From Aquificaceae bacterium (lineage in GTDB: Bacteria; Aquificota; Aquificia; Aquificales; Aquificaceae): DNA of 64,000 bases. Under the pieces are notes generated by a model. That model ran no database searches, was not told where the DNA came from, and was given only the letters and a program-made list of their open reading frames with translations. Positions 1 to 12,940 of this stretch are shown piece by piece. The stretch's first letter is position 1. Each line of letters starts with the position of its first letter. Location: NCBI GenBank assembly GCA_037925075.1, contig JAXSNR010000002.1, positions 192,001 through 256,000 of the forward strand, given 5' to 3'. Made by a program: the position numbers and the translations under genes.

Positions 1-1488
1 TACAATATAAGGCTAATTACCAACAGAGAAGGTAAGAGGATAAACATCTCCAAAGATGGAGCAATTGGAATACTTGACGCAGAGGGTAGGATGGTAGAAC
101 GTCATGCGGTCCCCTACGGAGCCAGCATCCTTGTAGAAGAGGGCAAACAGGTTTCAGAGGGAACATTGCTTGCAGAATGGGACCCCTTCAACACCTTCAT
201 CATCGCAGAAACGTCCGGAAGGGTTGAGTTTAAGGATATAGCCTTAGACATCACCGTCAAGGAAGAGAGAGACCCACTTACTGGCAAAACCTCCACCATC
301 GTCTCCTTTACAAGACCAAAGGACGCAATGCTTCACACTCCCAAAATAGTGGTTCACACAGAGGATGGTGGAGAAGTTTCCTACGACCTTCCTGTAAACT
401 CCATACTGAACGTGCCTGCGGATAAGGTGAGCTTTGAGTGGATGGTGTGCCCCACATGCAGTGAGTCGGAAGGAGCGGAAATACAGCACAAGTATTATGT
501 GGTCAAAGACTACACGGTCCAGCCGGGAGATGTGCTTGCACGAATTCCAAAGGAAATGGCAAAGGTGCGTGACATAGTAGGTGGTCTTCCTAGGGTTGAA
601 GAGCTCTTTGAGGCAAGAAGACCCAAAAACCCAGCGATTCTGACGGAAATTGATGGTATTGTGAGAATTTTTGAGGATGCGGACGAGGTGATAATCTTTA
701 ATCCAAGGACGGGCGAAACCAGAAAGTACGACATAAAGAAGGATGAGTACATTCTTGTAAGCCACGGACAGTTTGTACAAAGGGGAGCCAAAATAACAGA
801 CCGGATAGAGGCAGAGGTGGAAGGACAGGTAAGGATAAAGGGAAGAGGCTACAGGGTGGTGGTTTACAACAAGGAAACGGGCCTTCAAAAGGAATACTTT
901 GTGCCAAAGGGTAAACACTTGCTTGTAAAGAACGGCGACCTCGTAAATGCTGGTGACCCTCTTACCGACGGCACGCCAGTGCCCGAAGAGATACTCAAGG
1001 TAAAGGGCGTGGACGAGCTTCAAAAGTTCCTTCTTAAAGAAGTCCAGATGGTTTACAGACTTCAGGGGGTGGACATAAACGATAAGCACTTTGAGATAAT
1101 CATACGTCAGATGCTCAGGCGCAGGCGTATAGTAGACCCCGGTGATAGCAGGTTCCTTGTAAATGAGGAGGTAGAGGTGGAAGAGCTACAGCAAGAAGTG
1201 GAAAGGATAAAAGAAGAAGGTGGCAAAATACCAAAGGTAGAGCCCATACTAGTAGGTATATCAAGGGCGGCGCTTACCTCAAGAAGCTGGATTTCCTCCG
1301 CCTCCTTCCAAGAGACCACAAAAGTACTAACGGACGCCGCCTGCGAGGGTAAGGTGGATGACCTCAGAGGAGTAAAGGAGAACGTCATAATAGGAAACCT
1401 CATACCCGTCGGTACAGGCCTTTGGGAGTATGCGGAGATAGATGTGCTTGAAGAGGAGAAGGCAAAAGTTCTTAAAGATGTGTTATAA
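1..1488 (+). CDS. rpoC: RNA polymerase beta' subunit, C-terminal part (5' end outside window)
   Basis: Frame open from base 1; motifs DIVGGLPRVEELFEAR, QGVDINDKHFEIIIRQM, SASFQETTKVLT, KENVIIGNLIPVGTG. Confidence 0.98.
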   Translation, partial: YNIRLITNREGKRINISKDGAIGILDAEGRMVERHAVPYGASILVEEGKQVSEGTLLAEWDPFNTFIIAETSGRVEFKDIALDITVKEERDPLTGKTSTIVSFTRPKDAMLHTPKIVVHTEDGGEVSYDLPVNSILNVPADKVSFEWMVCPTCSESEGAEIQHKYYVVKDYTVQPGDVLARIPKEMAKVRDIVGGLPRVEELFEARRPKNPAILTEIDGIVRIFEDADEVIIFNPRTGETRKYDIKKDEYILVSHGQFVQRGAKITDRIEAEVEGQVRIKGRGYRVVVYNKETGLQKEYFVPKGKHLLVKNGDLVNAGDPLTDGTPVPEEILKVKGVDELQKFLLKEVQMVYRLQGVDINDKHFEIIIRQMLRRRRIVDPGDSRFLVNEEVEVEELQQEVERIKEEGGKIPKVEPILVGISRAALTSRSWISSASFQETTKVLTDAACEGKVDDLRGVKENVIIGNLIPVGTGLWEYAEIDVLEEEKAKVLKDVL

Positions 1489-1489
1489 T
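1481..1489 (+). promoter_or_regulatory. Putative extended -10 promoter (TGtTATAAT) for the str operon, overlapping the rpoC stop
   Basis: TGTTATAAT, then GGAGG SD before the rpsL ATG. Confidence 0.5.
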
Positions 1490-1513
1490 AATTAGCTTAG
1501 GAGGTTTTAGGGT

Positions 1514-1921
1514 ATGCCTACCATAAACCAGCTTGTGAAACAAGGTAGGGAAACTAGAAAGAAAAAGAGCAAGGCACCTGCTTTGCAGGGCAACCCCCAA
1601 AAGAGAGGGGTCTGTGTAAGGGTTTATACGGTCACGCCCAAAAAGCCCAACTCCGCCCTGAGGAAGGTTACAAGGGTGAGGCTTTCAAACGGCATTGAGG
1701 TGACAGCCTACATACCAGGGGAAGGACATAACCTTCAAGAACACTCCATCGTCTTGGTAAGGGGTGGAAGGGTTAAGGATCTTCCCGGAGTTCGCTACAA
1801 GGTGGTAAGGGGTGCTCTTGATACTGCGGGCGTAGCAAACAGGCGTCAGTCAAGGTCCAAATACGGAGCCAAGAGGCCAAAGCCCGGCCAACAGGCACAG
1901 GCAAAGGGAGGTAGTAAGTAA
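1514..1921 (+). CDS. rpsL: 30S ribosomal protein S12
   Basis: [31 protein letters not shown]. Confidence 0.99.
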   Translation: MPTINQLVKQGRETRKKKSKAPALQGNPQKRGVCVRVYTVTPKKPNSALRKVTRVRLSNGIEVTAYIPGEGHNLQEHSIVLVRGGRVKDLPGVRYKVVRGALDTAGVANRRQSRSKYGAKRPKPGQQAQAKGGSK

Positions 1922-2403
1922 TGCCAAGAAAAGGACCAGTCACACCAAGAGAAATATCACCAGACCCAAAATACGGCGATGTGATAGTGCACAAGCTGAT
2001 CAACAAGGTGATGGAAAGCGGTAAGAAGTCTGTGGCTGAGTGGATAGTGTACGGTGCCCTTGAATCTGCCGCAAAGGAAGTGAATATGCAACCCGTGGAG
2101 CTCCTTCACAAGGTGGTGGAAAAGCTGAAGCCTGAGTTCGAGGTGCGTCCAAGGAGGGTGGGTGGTGCTACCTATCAAGTGCCGGTGGAGGTACCACCTC
2201 GCAGACAGATCAGTCTGGCTCTCAAGTGGCTTGTTGATGCTGCAAGGGAAAGGTCAAAGCATAGGGGAAGCTATACCATGATAGAAAGGCTAAAGGCAGA
2301 GCTTTTGGATGCCCTAAACGAAAAGGGCGGTGCCATAAAGAAGAGGGAAGATACCCACAAGATGGCAGAAGCCAACAAGGTTTTTGCACACTTTAGATGG
2401 TAA
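1921..2403 (+). CDS. rpsG: 30S ribosomal protein S7
   Basis: [29 protein letters not shown]. Confidence 0.99.
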   Translation: MPRKGPVTPREISPDPKYGDVIVHKLINKVMESGKKSVAEWIVYGALESAAKEVNMQPVELLHKVVEKLKPEFEVRPRRVGGATYQVPVEVPPRRQISLALKWLVDAARERSKHRGSYTMIERLKAELLDALNEKGGAIKKREDTHKMAEANKVFAHFRW

Positions 2404-2413
2404 GGAGGCTCTC

Positions 2414-4498
2414 ATGGCAAGGCTTGTACCCATAGAAAGGCTTAGAAACATAGGTATAGTGGCTCACATAGACGCAGGAAAGACAACCACCACAGAGAGG
2501 ATACTCTACTACACGGGCAAAACCTACAAGATAGGCGAAGTGCATGAAGGTGCTGCCACCATGGACTGGATGCCTCAGGAAAGGGAAAGGGGTATAACCA
2601 TAACCGCCGCAACCACAGCATGCTACTGGAAGGATCACCAGATAAACATTATAGACACACCCGGTCACGTGGACTTCTCGGTGGAAGTGGTACGTTCCAT
2701 GAAGGTGTTGGACGGCATCATCTTTATCTTTTCCGCGGTGGAAGGTGTTCAGCCCCAGTCGGAGGCAAACTGGAGGTGGGCGGACAGGTTTGGAGTTCCT
2801 AGGATAGCCTTTATAAACAAATTGGATAGGCTTGGCGCTGATTTTTACAGGGTTTTTAACGAGATAGAGAAAAAGCTCAGTATAAAGCCCGTAGCCATCC
2901 AGATACCCATAGGTGCGGAAGACCAGTTTAAGGGCGTTGTAGACCTTATGGAGATGAAGGCCATAATCTGGCTTGAAGAGACGCTCGGCGCCAAGTATGA
3001 GATAGTGGATATCCCTTCAGAATATTTGGATAAGGCTCAAGAGTGGCGCGCAAAGATGGTAGAGGCCATAGTGGAAAAGGATGATGAACTTATGATGAAA
3101 TACCTTGAGGGAGAGGAAATCCCAACACAAGACCTCAAAAGGGTCCTCAGAAAGGCGACTATAAACAAGGAGCTTGTTCCAGTTCTGTGTGGTTCTGCCT
3201 TCAAAAACAAGGGCGTTCAGCCCCTTTTGGATGGGGTGCTTGACTATCTTCCCTCTCCCCTTGATGTACCACCGGTACGCGGAATAAACCCCAAAACACT
3301 TCAGGAAGAGGAAAGAAGGCCCTTTGATGAAGAGCCCTTCTGCGCCTACGCCTTTAAGGTCATGAGCGACCCATACGCCGGACAGTTAACCTACTTTAGG
3401 GTCTTCTCTGGAAAGGTTAGCGCAGGATCCTACGTTTACAACGCCACCAAGGATAAGAAGGAAAGGGTTGGTAGACTTCTTCTCATGCATGCCAACTCAA
3501 GGGAGGATGTGCAGGAGGTTTCCGCTGGTGAGATAGTGGCTGCGGTTGGAATGGATGCCACCACTGGAGACACCCTTTGCGATGAAAAGTACCCCATACT
3601 TCTTGAAAAGCTTGAGTTCCCAGAGCCTGTTATTTCTATGGCTATAGAGCCAAAGACCAAAAAAGACCAAGAGAAGCTTTCTCAGGTGCTTAACAAGTTT
3701 ATGAAGGAAGACCCAACCTTTAAGGCAAGCGCAGACCCCGAGACGGGACAAACCCTCATACATGGTATGGGTGAGTTGCACCTTGAGATCATAGTGGACA
3801 GGATGAAGCGCGAGTACGGTATTGAGGTAAACGTGGGCAAGCCTCAGGTTGCCTACAAGGAAACCATAAAGGGCAAAGCGGTTGCAGAGGGCAAGTTCAT
3901 ACGTCAAACGGGTGGTAGGGGTCAATACGGACATGCGGTTATAGAGGTTGAGCCCCTCGAAAGGGGTCAAGGCTTTGTGTTTGAAAACGCCATAGTGGGT
4001 GGAATAATACCAAAGGAGTTTATCCCTGCGGTTGAAGAGGGTGTAAAGGAGGCTATGCAGAACGGTGTATTGGCTGGATATCCTGTGGTGGATGTGAAGG
4101 TAAAGCTTTTTGATGGGTCCTATCACGAAGTGGACTCCTCTGAGATGGCCTTTAAGATCGCAGGTTCCCTTGCCTTCAAAGAAGCTACGAAGAAGGCGGG
4201 CCTTGTTCTTCTTGAACCCATAATGGAGGTGGAAGTAGAAACACCCGAGGACTATGTGGGTGATGTGATAGGAGACCTAAACTCAAGGCGTGGCAAGATC
4301 ATGGGTATGGAGAACAAGGGCATCATAACCGCCATAAGGGCATATGTGCCTCTTGCGGAGATGTTCGGATATGCCACCACGCTTAGAAGCTTGACACAGG
4401 GAAGAGGAACCTTTATAATGAAATTTTCTCATTATGATGAAGTTCCCCAGAGCATAGCTGAGCAAATAGTTGGGGAAAGAACAGCGGTAGCAAGATAA
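2414..4498 (+). CDS. fusA: Elongation factor G
   Basis: [26 protein letters not shown] at 2414 follows SD AAGGAGG. Confidence 0.99.
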   Translation: MARLVPIERLRNIGIVAHIDAGKTTTTERILYYTGKTYKIGEVHEGAATMDWMPQERERGITITAATTACYWKDHQINIIDTPGHVDFSVEVVRSMKVLDGIIFIFSAVEGVQPQSEANWRWADRFGVPRIAFINKLDRLGADFYRVFNEIEKKLSIKPVAIQIPIGAEDQFKGVVDLMEMKAIIWLEETLGAKYEIVDIPSEYLDKAQEWRAKMVEAIVEKDDELMMKYLEGEEIPTQDLKRVLRKATINKELVPVLCGSAFKNKGVQPLLDGVLDYLPSPLDVPPVRGINPKTLQEEERRPFDEEPFCAYAFKVMSDPYAGQLTYFRVFSGKVSAGSYVYNATKDKKERVGRLLLMHANSREDVQEVSAGEIVAAVGMDATTGDTLCDEKYPILLEKLEFPEPVISMAIEPKTKKDQEKLSQVLNKFMKEDPTFKASADPETGQTLIHGMGELHLEIIVDRMKREYGIEVNVGKPQVAYKETIKGKAVAEGKFIRQTGGRGQYGHAVIEVEPLERGQGFVFENAIVGGIIPKEFIPAVEEGVKEAMQNGVLAGYPVVDVKVKLFDGSYHEVDSSEMAFKIAGSLAFKEATKKAGLVLLEPIMEVEVETPEDYVGDVIGDLNSRRGKIMGMENKGIITAIRAYVPLAEMFGYATTLRSLTQGRGTFIMKFSHYDEVPQSIAEQIVGERTAVAR

Positions 4499-4509
4499 GG
4501 AGGTAAAAA

Positions 4510-5727
4510 ATGGCAAAGGAGAAGTTTGTAAGAGAGAAGGAGCACGTTAACGTAGGCACCATAGGGCACGTGGACCATGGCAAGTCCACATTGACCTCTG
4601 CCATAACATGCGTGCTTGGTGCGGGAGTTATGCAAGGCGGAAAAGCCAAGTGCATGAGGTACGAGGAGATAGACAAGGCACCAGAAGAAAAGGAAAGGGG
4701 CATAACCATAAACATCACACACGTAGAATACGAAACACCGAAGAGGCACTATGCACACGTAGACTGTCCAGGACACGCTGACTACATAAAGAACATGATA
4801 ACAGGCGCAGCACAGATGGACGGAGCCATACTGGTAGTATCCGCAGCAGACGGACCCATGCCACAGACCAGGGAGCACGTACTTTTAGCAAGGCAAGTGA
4901 ACGTACCCTACATAGTGGTGTTTATGAACAAATGCGACATGGTAGATGATCCAGAGCTATTGGACCTTGTGGAGCTTGAAGTAAGAGAACTACTATCCAA
5001 GTATGAATTTCCTGGGGATGAAGTACCAGTAATAAGGGGGTCAGCCCTTGGGGCATTACAGGAGCTGGACGCAGGCAAACCGGACAAGTGGTGCAAGGCA
5101 GTAGTAGAACTAATGGAAGCCCTAGATCAGTACATACCCACACCACAGAGGGAAGCAGACAAACCCTTCCTAATGCCCATAGAGGACGTATTCACCATAT
5201 CTGGGCGTGGGACAGTGGTAACAGGGAGAGTGGAAAGAGGAGTTTTAAAGCCTGGAGAGGAAGTGGAGATAGTAGGGCTAAAGGAAGAGCCACTAAAGAC
5301 AGTAGCCACATCCATAGAGATGTTCAGGAAGATATTGGACGAGGCACTACCTGGGGACAACGTAGGAGTATTGCTCAGGGGAGTAGGCAAGGACGATGTA
5401 GAAAGGGGGCAAGTGTTGGCGAAACCTGGGAGCGTGAAGCCTCACAAGAAGTTCAGGGCACAGGTTTATGTATTAAGCAAAGAAGAAGGGGGAAGGCACA
5501 CACCCTTTTTTGTGAGCTACAGGCCACAGTTTTACTTTAGGACAGCGGACGTGACAGGTACAGTGGTGAAGTTGCCAGAGGGACAGGAGATGGTGATGCC
5601 TGGTGACAATGTGGAGATAGAGGTGGAACTCATCAAGCCAGTGGCTATGGAAGAACAGCTTAGGTTTGCCATAAGGGAAGGTGGAAGGACTGTAGGTGCC
5701 GGTGTGGTCACAAAAATCCTTGAGTGA
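4510..5727 (+). CDS. tuf: Elongation factor Tu
   Basis: [34 protein letters not shown]. Confidence 0.99.
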   Translation: MAKEKFVREKEHVNVGTIGHVDHGKSTLTSAITCVLGAGVMQGGKAKCMRYEEIDKAPEEKERGITINITHVEYETPKRHYAHVDCPGHADYIKNMITGAAQMDGAILVVSAADGPMPQTREHVLLARQVNVPYIVVFMNKCDMVDDPELLDLVELEVRELLSKYEFPGDEVPVIRGSALGALQELDAGKPDKWCKAVVELMEALDQYIPTPQREADKPFLMPIEDVFTISGRGTVVTGRVERGVLKPGEEVEIVGLKEEPLKTVATSIEMFRKILDEALPGDNVGVLLRGVGKDDVERGQVLAKPGSVKPHKKFRAQVYVLSKEEGGRHTPFFVSYRPQFYFRTADVTGTVVKLPEGQEMVMPGDNVEIEVELIKPVAMEEQLRFAIREGGRTVGAGVVTKILE

Positions 5728-5730
5728 GGT

Positions 5731-6051
5731 ATGGCTATGGAGCAGGAACTGATAAGGATAAAGCTCAGATCCTACGACCACAGACTCCTTGACCAGTATG
5801 TGAAGCAGATAATAGACACGGTCAAGAGGACCGGTGGCGTGGTGAAGGGTCCCGTACCTCTCCCGGTGAGAAGAAAAAGGTGGGTAGTGCTTAGGTCTCC
5901 CCACAAGTTTGACCAGTCAAGGGAGCATTTTGAACTCAGGGAGCATAGAAGGGTATTGGACATAACCAGAGCAACTTCTCAAACCATAGAATCTTTAAGA
6001 GACTTAACCCTGCCCGCAGGGGTTGATGTAGAGCTAATAATAGGGAGATAG
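5731..6051 (+). CDS. rpsJ: 30S ribosomal protein S10
   Basis: [31 protein letters not shown]. Confidence 0.98.
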   Translation: MAMEQELIRIKLRSYDHRLLDQYVKQIIDTVKRTGGVVKGPVPLPVRRKRWVVLRSPHKFDQSREHFELREHRRVLDITRATSQTIESLRDLTLPAGVDVELIIGR

Positions 6052-6053
6052 CC

Positions 6054-6758
6054 ATGGCGATAGGTCTTATTGGTAAAAAGGTAGGGATGACAAGGGTTTT
6101 TCTCAAAGACGGCACCTCTATACCTGCAACGGTCATAGAGATAAGGCCCAACCACATAACCGCAATAAGGACTTCTGAGAAGAACGGATATACAGCCCTT
6201 CAGGTGGGTGCCTTTGAGGGTAAAGAAAAACATCTAACAAAGCCGGAGCTTGGGCACCTTAAAGGAGTGGGCAAGGTCCTCAGAAGGCTTAAAGAATTCA
6301 GAGTTGAGTCTGTGGAAGGCTACCAAGTGGGTCAGGAGCTCAGAGTAGAGCAAGTCTTTCAGCCTGGAGAGTTGGTGGATGTGGTGGGTAGAAGCAAGGG
6401 AAGAGGTTTTGCCGGCACCATGAGAAGATGGGATTTTGGTGGCTTTCCCAAGTCTCACGGGCATAGATATCACAGGGCGGTTGGTTCTATTGGAAACAGG
6501 TCAGACCCAGGTAGGGTTTGGAAAAGCAAGAGGATGGCAGGGCATTGGGGCAATGAGCCCATAAGGATCCAGTCTTTGTTGGTGCTTGATGTGGTCCCTG
6601 AGTACAACCTTCTTTTAGTTAAGGGTTCTGTGCCAGGACCCAACGGTGGTGTAGTCTTTGTGGAAAAGAGTAAGATAACAAGCAGAAGGTCTCAAAGGCT
6701 AAAGCTTAACAGAATAAAGGATTTGGTGAACGCCTTGGTTAAAGGAGAGGTTTCATGA
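6054..6758 (+). CDS. rplC: 50S ribosomal protein L3
   Basis: [22 protein letters not shown]10 operon order. Confidence 0.98.
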   Translation: MAIGLIGKKVGMTRVFLKDGTSIPATVIEIRPNHITAIRTSEKNGYTALQVGAFEGKEKHLTKPELGHLKGVGKVLRRLKEFRVESVEGYQVGQELRVEQVFQPGELVDVVGRSKGRGFAGTMRRWDFGGFPKSHGHRYHRAVGSIGNRSDPGRVWKSKRMAGHWGNEPIRIQSLLVLDVVPEYNLLLVKGSVPGPNGGVVFVEKSKITSRRSQRLKLNRIKDLVNALVKGEVS

Positions 6759-7354
6759 AGGTGCTTGAGGTTAATTTAAAGCCTGAAGTCTTTGATGTGG
6801 AAGTTAAAAGGCATGTGCTTTGGGAAGTGGTAAAGTGGCAACTTGCCAGCAAAAGGCAGGGAAATCATAACACCAAGACAAGAGGGGAAGTATCCTACAG
6901 TGGAAGAAAGCTTCTCCCTCAGAAGGGCACGGGCAACGCAAGACACGGAGACAGGGGAGCAAACATCTTTGTAGGTGGCGGTGTGGCTCATGGTCCAAAG
7001 CCTAAGGATTACTACTACCCTCTCCCAAAAAAGGTGAGAAAACTCGGGCTTAAGATGGCTTTGACCTTGAAGGCTAAGGAAAATAACCTGCTTGTTGTTG
7101 ACGTCCTTGAGCTCGGAGATGTACCAAAAACCAAAAAAGCTGTGGAGCTTCTTAAAAATCTTGGCATAGACCAGCAGAAGGTGCTACTGGTCCTGCCTCA
7201 AAAGGAAGAAGTAATATACAAGTCCTTCAGAAACCTACCTTATGTGAAGGTTTTACCCGTTGAAGGTCTTAATGTTTATGATATGCTTTGGGCGGACAAG
7301 GTGCTTATGACAGCCCAAGCCCTTGAAAAGATATATGAGAGGTTGGCATCATGA
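6755..7354 (+). CDS. rplD: 50S ribosomal protein L4
   Basis: [27 protein letters not shown]. Confidence 0.98.
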   Translation: MKVLEVNLKPEVFDVEVKRHVLWEVVKWQLASKRQGNHNTKTRGEVSYSGRKLLPQKGTGNARHGDRGANIFVGGGVAHGPKPKDYYYPLPKKVRKLGLKMALTLKAKENNLLVVDVLELGDVPKTKKAVELLKNLGIDQQKVLLVLPQKEEVIYKSFRNLPYVKVLPVEGLNVYDMLWADKVLMTAQALEKIYERLAS

Positions 7355-7647
7355 AAAGACCCGAGGAAGTCATAATAAGGCCCATAATAACCGAAAAGAG
7401 TAACAGGCTCATGGAAGACCACAAAAAGTACACCTTTGAGGTGGTCATGGATGCCACCAAGCATGAAATAAAGCATGCGGTAGAAAAGCTCTTCGGAGTA
7501 AAAGTCCTTAAGGTAAACACCATGATTGTAAAACCAAGGAAGAAAAGGATAATAGGCAAGTTCAGGAGGTATGGTTACACAAGGGCTTACAAGAAGGCCA
7601 TAGTTACCATACCCCCCGATAAGGAAATAGACCTAACAGGAGTGTAA
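7351..7647 (+). CDS. rplW: 50S ribosomal protein L23
   Basis: PIITEKS, KVNT, KKAIVT. Confidence 0.98.
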   Translation: MKRPEEVIIRPIITEKSNRLMEDHKKYTFEVVMDATKHEIKHAVEKLFGVKVLKVNTMIVKPRKKRIIGKFRRYGYTRAYKKAIVTIPPDKEIDLTGV

Positions 7648-7649
7648 AG

Positions 7650-8528
7650 ATGGGTGTAAGGAAGTTAAAACCTGTTACCAACGGTCAGAGGCATGCGGTT
7701 CTGTATGACTTTTCTGAGATAACCAAGTCTGAGCCAGAAAAGTCTCTCCTCGTGCATTGGCACAGGGCAAAGGGTAGGTCCCGTCAGCAGGGTAAGGTAA
7801 CCTCAAGAGGCAGAGGCGGTGGCAACAAAAGAAGGTACAGGCTTATTGACTTTAAAAGGGACAAGAGCCTTGTTCCCGCAAAGGTGGTAGCTATAGAGTA
7901 TGACCCAAACAGGTCTGCACGTATAGCTTTGCTTCAGTATGCGGACGGTGAAAAGAGGTACATCCTCTGGCCTGAGGGGCTAAAGGTGGGAGATGTGGTT
8001 ATGTCCATCTCCTACGAGGATGCGGAAAAGGGCAAAGAGCTTCCAGAAATAAAGGTAGGTAATGCCCTTCCTCTCAAGTACATACCCGTGGGTACCATTG
8101 TTCATAATGTGGAGCTTCATCCCGGAAAGGGTGGCCAGATAGGGAGGTCTGCGGGTATGTCCGCACAGATACTGGGTAAGGTGGGAGACTATGTACAGCT
8201 CAGGATACCCTCAGGAGAGATAAGGCTCGTCCATCAGAGGTGTATGGCAACCGTTGGCACTGTGGGACTTGCAGAGCACGAGCTTGTGAAGTATGGAAAG
8301 GCTGGAAGATACAGATGGCTCGGTTGGAGGCCAAAGGTAAGGGGAACCGCTACCAACCCAGTGGACCACCCACACGGTGGTGGTGAAGGTAAGACCAAGG
8401 GTAAAAACCCAGAGTCTCCCTGGGGCTGGAAGACAAAGGGCTACAAGACAAGAAGAGGCAAGAAGTATTCCGATAGGTTCATACTGGTTTCAAGGAAAGG
8501 TAAGCCTCTCAGAGGAGGTGTTAAGTAA
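7650..8528 (+). CDS. rplB: 50S ribosomal protein L2
   Basis: [25 protein letters not shown]. Confidence 0.99.
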   Translation: MGVRKLKPVTNGQRHAVLYDFSEITKSEPEKSLLVHWHRAKGRSRQQGKVTSRGRGGGNKRRYRLIDFKRDKSLVPAKVVAIEYDPNRSARIALLQYADGEKRYILWPEGLKVGDVVMSISYEDAEKGKELPEIKVGNALPLKYIPVGTIVHNVELHPGKGGQIGRSAGMSAQILGKVGDYVQLRIPSGEIRLVHQRCMATVGTVGLAEHELVKYGKAGRYRWLGWRPKVRGTATNPVDHPHGGGEGKTKGKNPESPWGWKTKGYKTRRGKKYSDRFILVSRKGKPLRGGVK

Positions 8529-8983
8529 TGGGTTTTAAAGGCGCGTGGAACAAAAGGAATAAGCTAATTGAAGACCTTGACAGCTTTTTAAAGCTATATA
8601 AGAAGACTCAGAGGATATACAAGAGAGTTAGAGAGGTTCAACACACACTAGAGCTTTACCAAAAGGCCTTTGAAAAGTATCAACAGGTTTGGGACCAATA
8701 CAGAGGACTTGTTAACAAAAAGGCATGGGTCGACCCAAAGCTCTGGGTTAGGATAAGGAAGATGAACGAAACGGGTGACAGAAAGGTTATAAAGACCTAC
8801 AGCAGAGACACTACCATAATCCCTGACTTTGTAGGTCACACCATAGCGGTGCATAACGGAAAAACCTTTGTGCCTGTATATATAACCTCAGATATGGTAG
8901 GTCATAAACTGGGTGAGTTTGCTCCCACAAGGACCTTTAAGGGTCACCCAGAAAAATCCGCAAAAGCCACAAAGAAGAAGTGA
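8528..8983 (+). CDS. rpsS: 30S ribosomal protein S19 with N-terminal helical extension
   Basis: [29 protein letters not shown] in the C-terminal ~90 aa. Confidence 0.96.
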   Translation: MGFKGAWNKRNKLIEDLDSFLKLYKKTQRIYKRVREVQHTLELYQKAFEKYQQVWDQYRGLVNKKAWVDPKLWVRIRKMNETGDRKVIKTYSRDTTIIPDFVGHTIAVHNGKTFVPVYITSDMVGHKLGEFAPTRTFKGHPEKSAKATKKK

Positions 8984-8992
8984 GGTGAAAGG

Positions 8993-9331
8993 ATGGAAGC
9001 AAGGGCTATTTTAAGGTATGCAAAGGTTTCACCCACAAAGGCAAGGCAGGTGCTTAGAATAATTCAAGGCAAAAAGGCAGGGCAAGCTCTCTATCAGCTT
9101 AAGTTCATACCCAAGAAGTCCGCCCGCATAGTGGAAGGTGTCCTCAAAAGTGCTCTTGCCAACGCGGAGCAAAAGGGTATGGACTTAGACAAGCTTTACA
9201 TTAAAAAGGCGGTTGCGGATGAAGGTCCCATGTATAAAAAGTGGCTTCCAAGAGCCCATGGAAGAGCCACAATGCTAAGAAAAAGAACCTCCCACATAAC
9301 CCTTGTACTTGAGGAAAAGGAGGAAGAATAA
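8993..9331 (+). CDS. rplV: 50S ribosomal protein L22
   Basis: [22 protein letters not shown]. Confidence 0.98.
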   Translation: MEARAILRYAKVSPTKARQVLRIIQGKKAGQALYQLKFIPKKSARIVEGVLKSALANAEQKGMDLDKLYIKKAVADEGPMYKKWLPRAHGRATMLRKRTSHITLVLEEKEEE

Positions 9332-10026
9332 TGGGTCAGAAAACTCATCCCATAGGCTTCAGAGTTGGAGTTATAAAGGACTGGAATTCCAAATGGTTTG
9401 CAGGTAAAAAGGACTACACACAACTACTTCATGAGGACATAAGGATAAAGGAGTACATAAAGAAGCGTTATGCCTCCGCGGGCATATCAAAGGTTATCGT
9501 GGAAAGGATGGTGGACAAGGTGAAGGTGCGGGTTCTTGCCTCAAGGCCCGGCATAATCATAGGTAGGAAGGGAGCGGAAGTTGAACAGCTTAAAAAAGAC
9601 ATAGAGTACATAACAAGAGGCAAAGATGTGGTCATAACGGTGGACGAGGTTAGAGTGCCAGAGTTGGACGCCCAGTTGGTGGCGGAAGAGATAGCCCTTC
9701 AGATAGAAAGAAGGGTATCCCATCGTAGGGCTATGAAGAGAGCCATTGATAACGCCTTTAAGGCAGGGGCTAAGGGTGTTAAGGTGCAAGTAAAGGGCAG
9801 GATAGGTGGTGCGGAGTTGGCAAGGGCAGAGTGGTTTCTCGTAGGAAGGATGCCCCTTCAAACCCTAAGGGCAGATATAGACTATGGCTATGCGGTGGCT
9901 CAGACCAAGTATGGAGTGCTTGGAGTAAAGGTGTGGATATACAAGGGAGATGTGCTCAAGGGTGGCAAAGAAGAGATAGTCAAAAAGATAGAAGAAGACC
10001 TTAAAAAGGCTGAGAAGGAGGTATAA
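9331..10026 (+). CDS. rpsC: 30S ribosomal protein S3
   Basis: [29 protein letters not shown]. Confidence 0.99.
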   Translation: MGQKTHPIGFRVGVIKDWNSKWFAGKKDYTQLLHEDIRIKEYIKKRYASAGISKVIVERMVDKVKVRVLASRPGIIIGRKGAEVEQLKKDIEYITRGKDVVITVDEVRVPELDAQLVAEEIALQIERRVSHRRAMKRAIDNAFKAGAKGVKVQVKGRIGGAELARAEWFLVGRMPLQTLRADIDYGYAVAQTKYGVLGVKVWIYKGDVLKGGKEEIVKKIEEDLKKAEKEV

Positions 10027-10028
10027 AC

Positions 10029-10451
10029 ATGTCCTTTCTTGCCCCAAAAAAGACCAAGTTTAGGAAAACTCAAAGAGGCACTTTGAAGGGTAAGGCTTCA
10101 AGAGGTAACAAGGTTTCCTTTGGTGAATACGGTATACAGGCACTTGAATCTTGCTGGCTCACCCAGAGGCAGATAGAGTCAGGCAGGATAGCCCTTGTGA
10201 GGGCTCTCAGAAAGGGTGCAAAGGTATGGATACAGGTCTTCCCCGACAAGCCTTACACGAAAAAGCCCAACGAGGTGCGTATGGGTGGCGGAAAGGGTGA
10301 TCCGGAAGGCTTTGCTGCGGTTGTTAGACCCGGAAGGATACTCTACGAGTTCTCAGGAGTTCCAGAAGAAGTGGCAGAACAAGCCCACAAGCTAGTTGAT
10401 GCAAAACTGCCAATAAAAACAAGGCTTGTTAAGGCTGGAGGTGTAAAGTGA
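10029..10451 (+). CDS. rplP: 50S ribosomal protein L16
   Basis: [22 protein letters not shown]. Confidence 0.98.
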   Translation: MSFLAPKKTKFRKTQRGTLKGKASRGNKVSFGEYGIQALESCWLTQRQIESGRIALVRALRKGAKVWIQVFPDKPYTKKPNEVRMGGGKGDPEGFAAVVRPGRILYEFSGVPEEVAEQAHKLVDAKLPIKTRLVKAGGVK

Positions 10452-10651
10452 TGAAGGCGAAGGACCTGCGAAAGCTAAGCCTTCAAGACCTTAGGAAAAA
10501 GGAGGAAGACCTAAGGAAAGAGCTTTTCAGGCTAAGATTTAAAAAGAATATAGAGGGACTTCCTAACCCTATGCAAATAAGGAACACCAGAAGAGATATT
10601 GCAAGGGTTTTAACCATCATAAGGGAAAAAGAGCTAAGAGGTGAAGGATGA
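10451..10651 (+). CDS. rpmC: 50S ribosomal protein L29
   Basis: [23 protein letters not shown]. Confidence 0.97.
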   Translation: MKAKDLRKLSLQDLRKKEEDLRKELFRLRFKKNIEGLPNPMQIRNTRRDIARVLTIIREKELRGEG

Positions 10652-10938
10652 TGAATAAGTCTTGGCATCTTAGAAGAAAGGAGTTAGTGGGCTATGTGGT
10701 AAGCGACAAAATGGATAAAACGGTGGTTGTTAAAGTGGACAGAAGGGAAGCTCACCCGCTTTACAAGAAGCACATAATAAAGAGTAAAAAATACCATGCC
10801 CATGACCCAAAGGAGGAGTGCAGGGTTGGAGACCTTGTGGTCATAAGAGAAACAAGACCTATCTCCAAGACCAAAAGGTGGGTGGTGGTGAAGATACTTC
10901 AAAGGGCAAAGTCTCCAGAGGAGGAGCTCAAAGGATAA
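10648..10938 (+). CDS. rpsQ: 30S ribosomal protein S17
   Basis: [23 protein letters not shown]. Confidence 0.98.
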   Translation: MMNKSWHLRRKELVGYVVSDKMDKTVVVKVDRREAHPLYKKHIIKSKKYHAHDPKEECRVGDLVVIRETRPISKTKRWVVVKILQRAKSPEEELKG

Positions 10939-10951
10939 GTAAAATATCCTT

Positions 10952-12940
10952 ATGCTCCTTTTTCTTTTCTTTTTCTTGTGCCTGTCCTCCTCCTTTTCTC
11001 TGGAAGTCTTTTCTCAGAAACTTGAGAGACTTTCAGATGGAACTCTCAAAGCCACTGGAAATGTAGAGGCTTACTACCGAGAGTACTACATCAGATCGGA
11101 ATTCATGACCTATGACCCGCAGAAGAGGGTGGTTTACGCCAGAGAGGGAGTTTACATAAGCTCAAAGGATGGAAGGCTCCAAGTCAGAGGAAGCGAGGCT
11201 CTTCTTGACCTTGAGAGGGATGTGGGATACTTCCTCGACGCGGATGCCAGGTTTGAGAAGTTTAGCTTTGTGGCAAAGAGGGTGGACAAGGAGGGTGAGG
11301 TCTACCTCGTACAAGAGGGCTCAATAACCACATGCCCGCCCGATAGAGGGGAGATGAAGGTTTGCTTCTCGAAGGCAAAGGTATCCCAGAAATACGTCTT
11401 TAGCGAGAACAACACCCTCAGGCTTTTCAACGTGCCCATAGCCTATCTTCCCATAAGCCTTTTCCCAGTAGGAGAGAGGAGGTCTGGGCTTTTACCTCCT
11501 ACTATTGGCTCCAATACATACAACGCCTTCATATACCAACAGCCCATATACTGGGCTATATCAAAGGACAAGGATGCCACCCTAACCCTTGACCTGAGGG
11601 AAAAGCAGGCAAAGGGCTTTTCCCTTGAATACCGTCAGTCTTGGAAAAGGGAGCTTGATATTACTGGAACACTATCCTTTTATAAGGAGCCTGTGCCAGC
11701 AGGCAAATGGTGGCAAGGAAGAGACCCATCCACCTTTAGAGAAAACCGATACAGGATAAAGGGGGATTTGGACCTTGGAAACCTCAAGGCTGGCATTGAC
11801 CTTATTTCAGACCCATACTTTATGCAGGATGTTTATTTTACCACCAAGGAAAGGACTGTTCCTTATCTTACCTCTTACATAAACTACACAAAAGAAGGTG
11901 AAAGATTTCTCTTTACCTTTGATGCAAGAAGGTTTTACGATACTACATCTCCCAGCAATAGACAAACACTTCAGAGACTTCCAGAGATAGGCTTTTATTT
12001 AAAGGAGACTCCTATTTTTTCCCACCTGCATCTTAACCTAAGTACCTCCTACACCAACTTTTACCGAGAGGAAGGACTTAGAGCTCACAGACTCCTTTTC
12101 CTTCCGGAGTTCTCACTACAAAAAAAGCTTTTTGGCCTTAACCTGCTTTCTACACTTACTGTGGAAAACCTTGTATACTTAGATATAAAGGGGGGAGTTT
12201 TCAAAGACAAAAGCCTGTTTGGAAGCCTCCATTACAGAGAGAGCCTTCCTTATTTTTTTAAACTTAACCTTGGAGGCTTTGACCTTAGGAATACCTTTGA
12301 ACTTTCCTATTCTTACAGACATAAAGGCTTTGATAACCCGAGATTTGACACCTTTGACAATTTAAACAAGGAGAGCCTTCTTTCCTATACACTTAGAAGC
12401 CATGGCTATCACAAAGAAAGACTTCTTTATAGCCTTTTCCTTACCGGTGGGTATAACTATCTTGGTAAGTTTATTTACGCAGGGCAAGAGGTCAAAGAAA
12501 GGGTTATGCCAATTAGGACAATCCTTTGGATTTATCCTTCATACTGGCTAAACCTCTATTCAGACATGGTCTATGACCCAGTTCATGGAAGCTTTCTGAA
12601 AGCCACAGGCTCCCTTACACTAAGAAGGGGAAGCAATAGCATAACTTTGGGTAGAACTTTAGAAAAAAATTATTATGGTGGCAGGCTCAACGACCAGTAC
12701 AACCTATCCGCTTCCGCCTTGTACAAAAATATGAACCTCTCCCTTGGGCTTACAAGGGACAACAGGATAAACAAGGACATTCAAAGGCAGGCAAGCATAG
12801 ACTACAGAGGTGCCTGCTGGAGCTTTGGGCTCTTACTGAGGGACACATACGACGGAACAAGGCAAGAGTATATTAAAGAGGTCTTTTTGACCTTTAACAT
12901 CTTTGATCTTGAAAGGTTTATAGTGCCTCTGAGAAGGTGA
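10952..12940 (+). CDS. lptD: LPS-assembly outer-membrane protein LptD
   Basis: Signal peptide, OstA-like N-terminus with [13 protein letters not shown] motif, beta-barrel-like remainder with a C-terminal CWS motif. Confidence 0.85.
   Translation: MLLFLFFFLCLSSSFSLEVFSQKLERLSDGTLKATGNVEAYYREYYIRSEFMTYDPQKRVVYAREGVYISSKDGRLQVRGSEALLDLERDVGYFLDADARFEKFSFVAKRVDKEGEVYLVQEGSITTCPPDRGEMKVCFSKAKVSQKYVFSENNTLRLFNVPIAYLPISLFPVGERRSGLLPPTIGSNTYNAFIYQQPIYWAISKDKDATLTLDLREKQAKGFSLEYRQSWKRELDITGTLSFYKEPVPAGKWWQGRDPSTFRENRYRIKGDLDLGNLKAGIDLISDPYFMQDVYFTTKERTVPYLTSYINYTKEGERFLFTFDARRFYDTTSPSNRQTLQRLPEIGFYLKETPIFSHLHLNLSTSYTNFYREEGLRAHRLLFLPEFSLQKKLFGLNLLSTLTVENLVYLDIKGGVFKDKSLFGSLHYRESLPYFFKLNLGGFDLRNTFELSYSYRHKGFDNPRFDTFDNLNKESLLSYTLRSHGYHKERLLYSLFLTGGYNYLGKFIYAGQEVKERVMPIRTILWIYPSYWLNLYSDMVYDPVHGSFLKATGSLTLRRGSNSITLGRTLEKNYYGGRLNDQYNLSASALYKNMNLSLGLTRDNRINKDIQRQASIDYRGACWSFGLLLRDTYDGTRQEYIKEVFLTFNIFDLERFIVPLRR

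Noticed and set aside
244..1089. 281-aa antisense ORF inside rpoC, and similar ORFs opposite fusA, tuf and petB
   Set aside because: Shadow ORFs of conserved genes; no recognisable motifs
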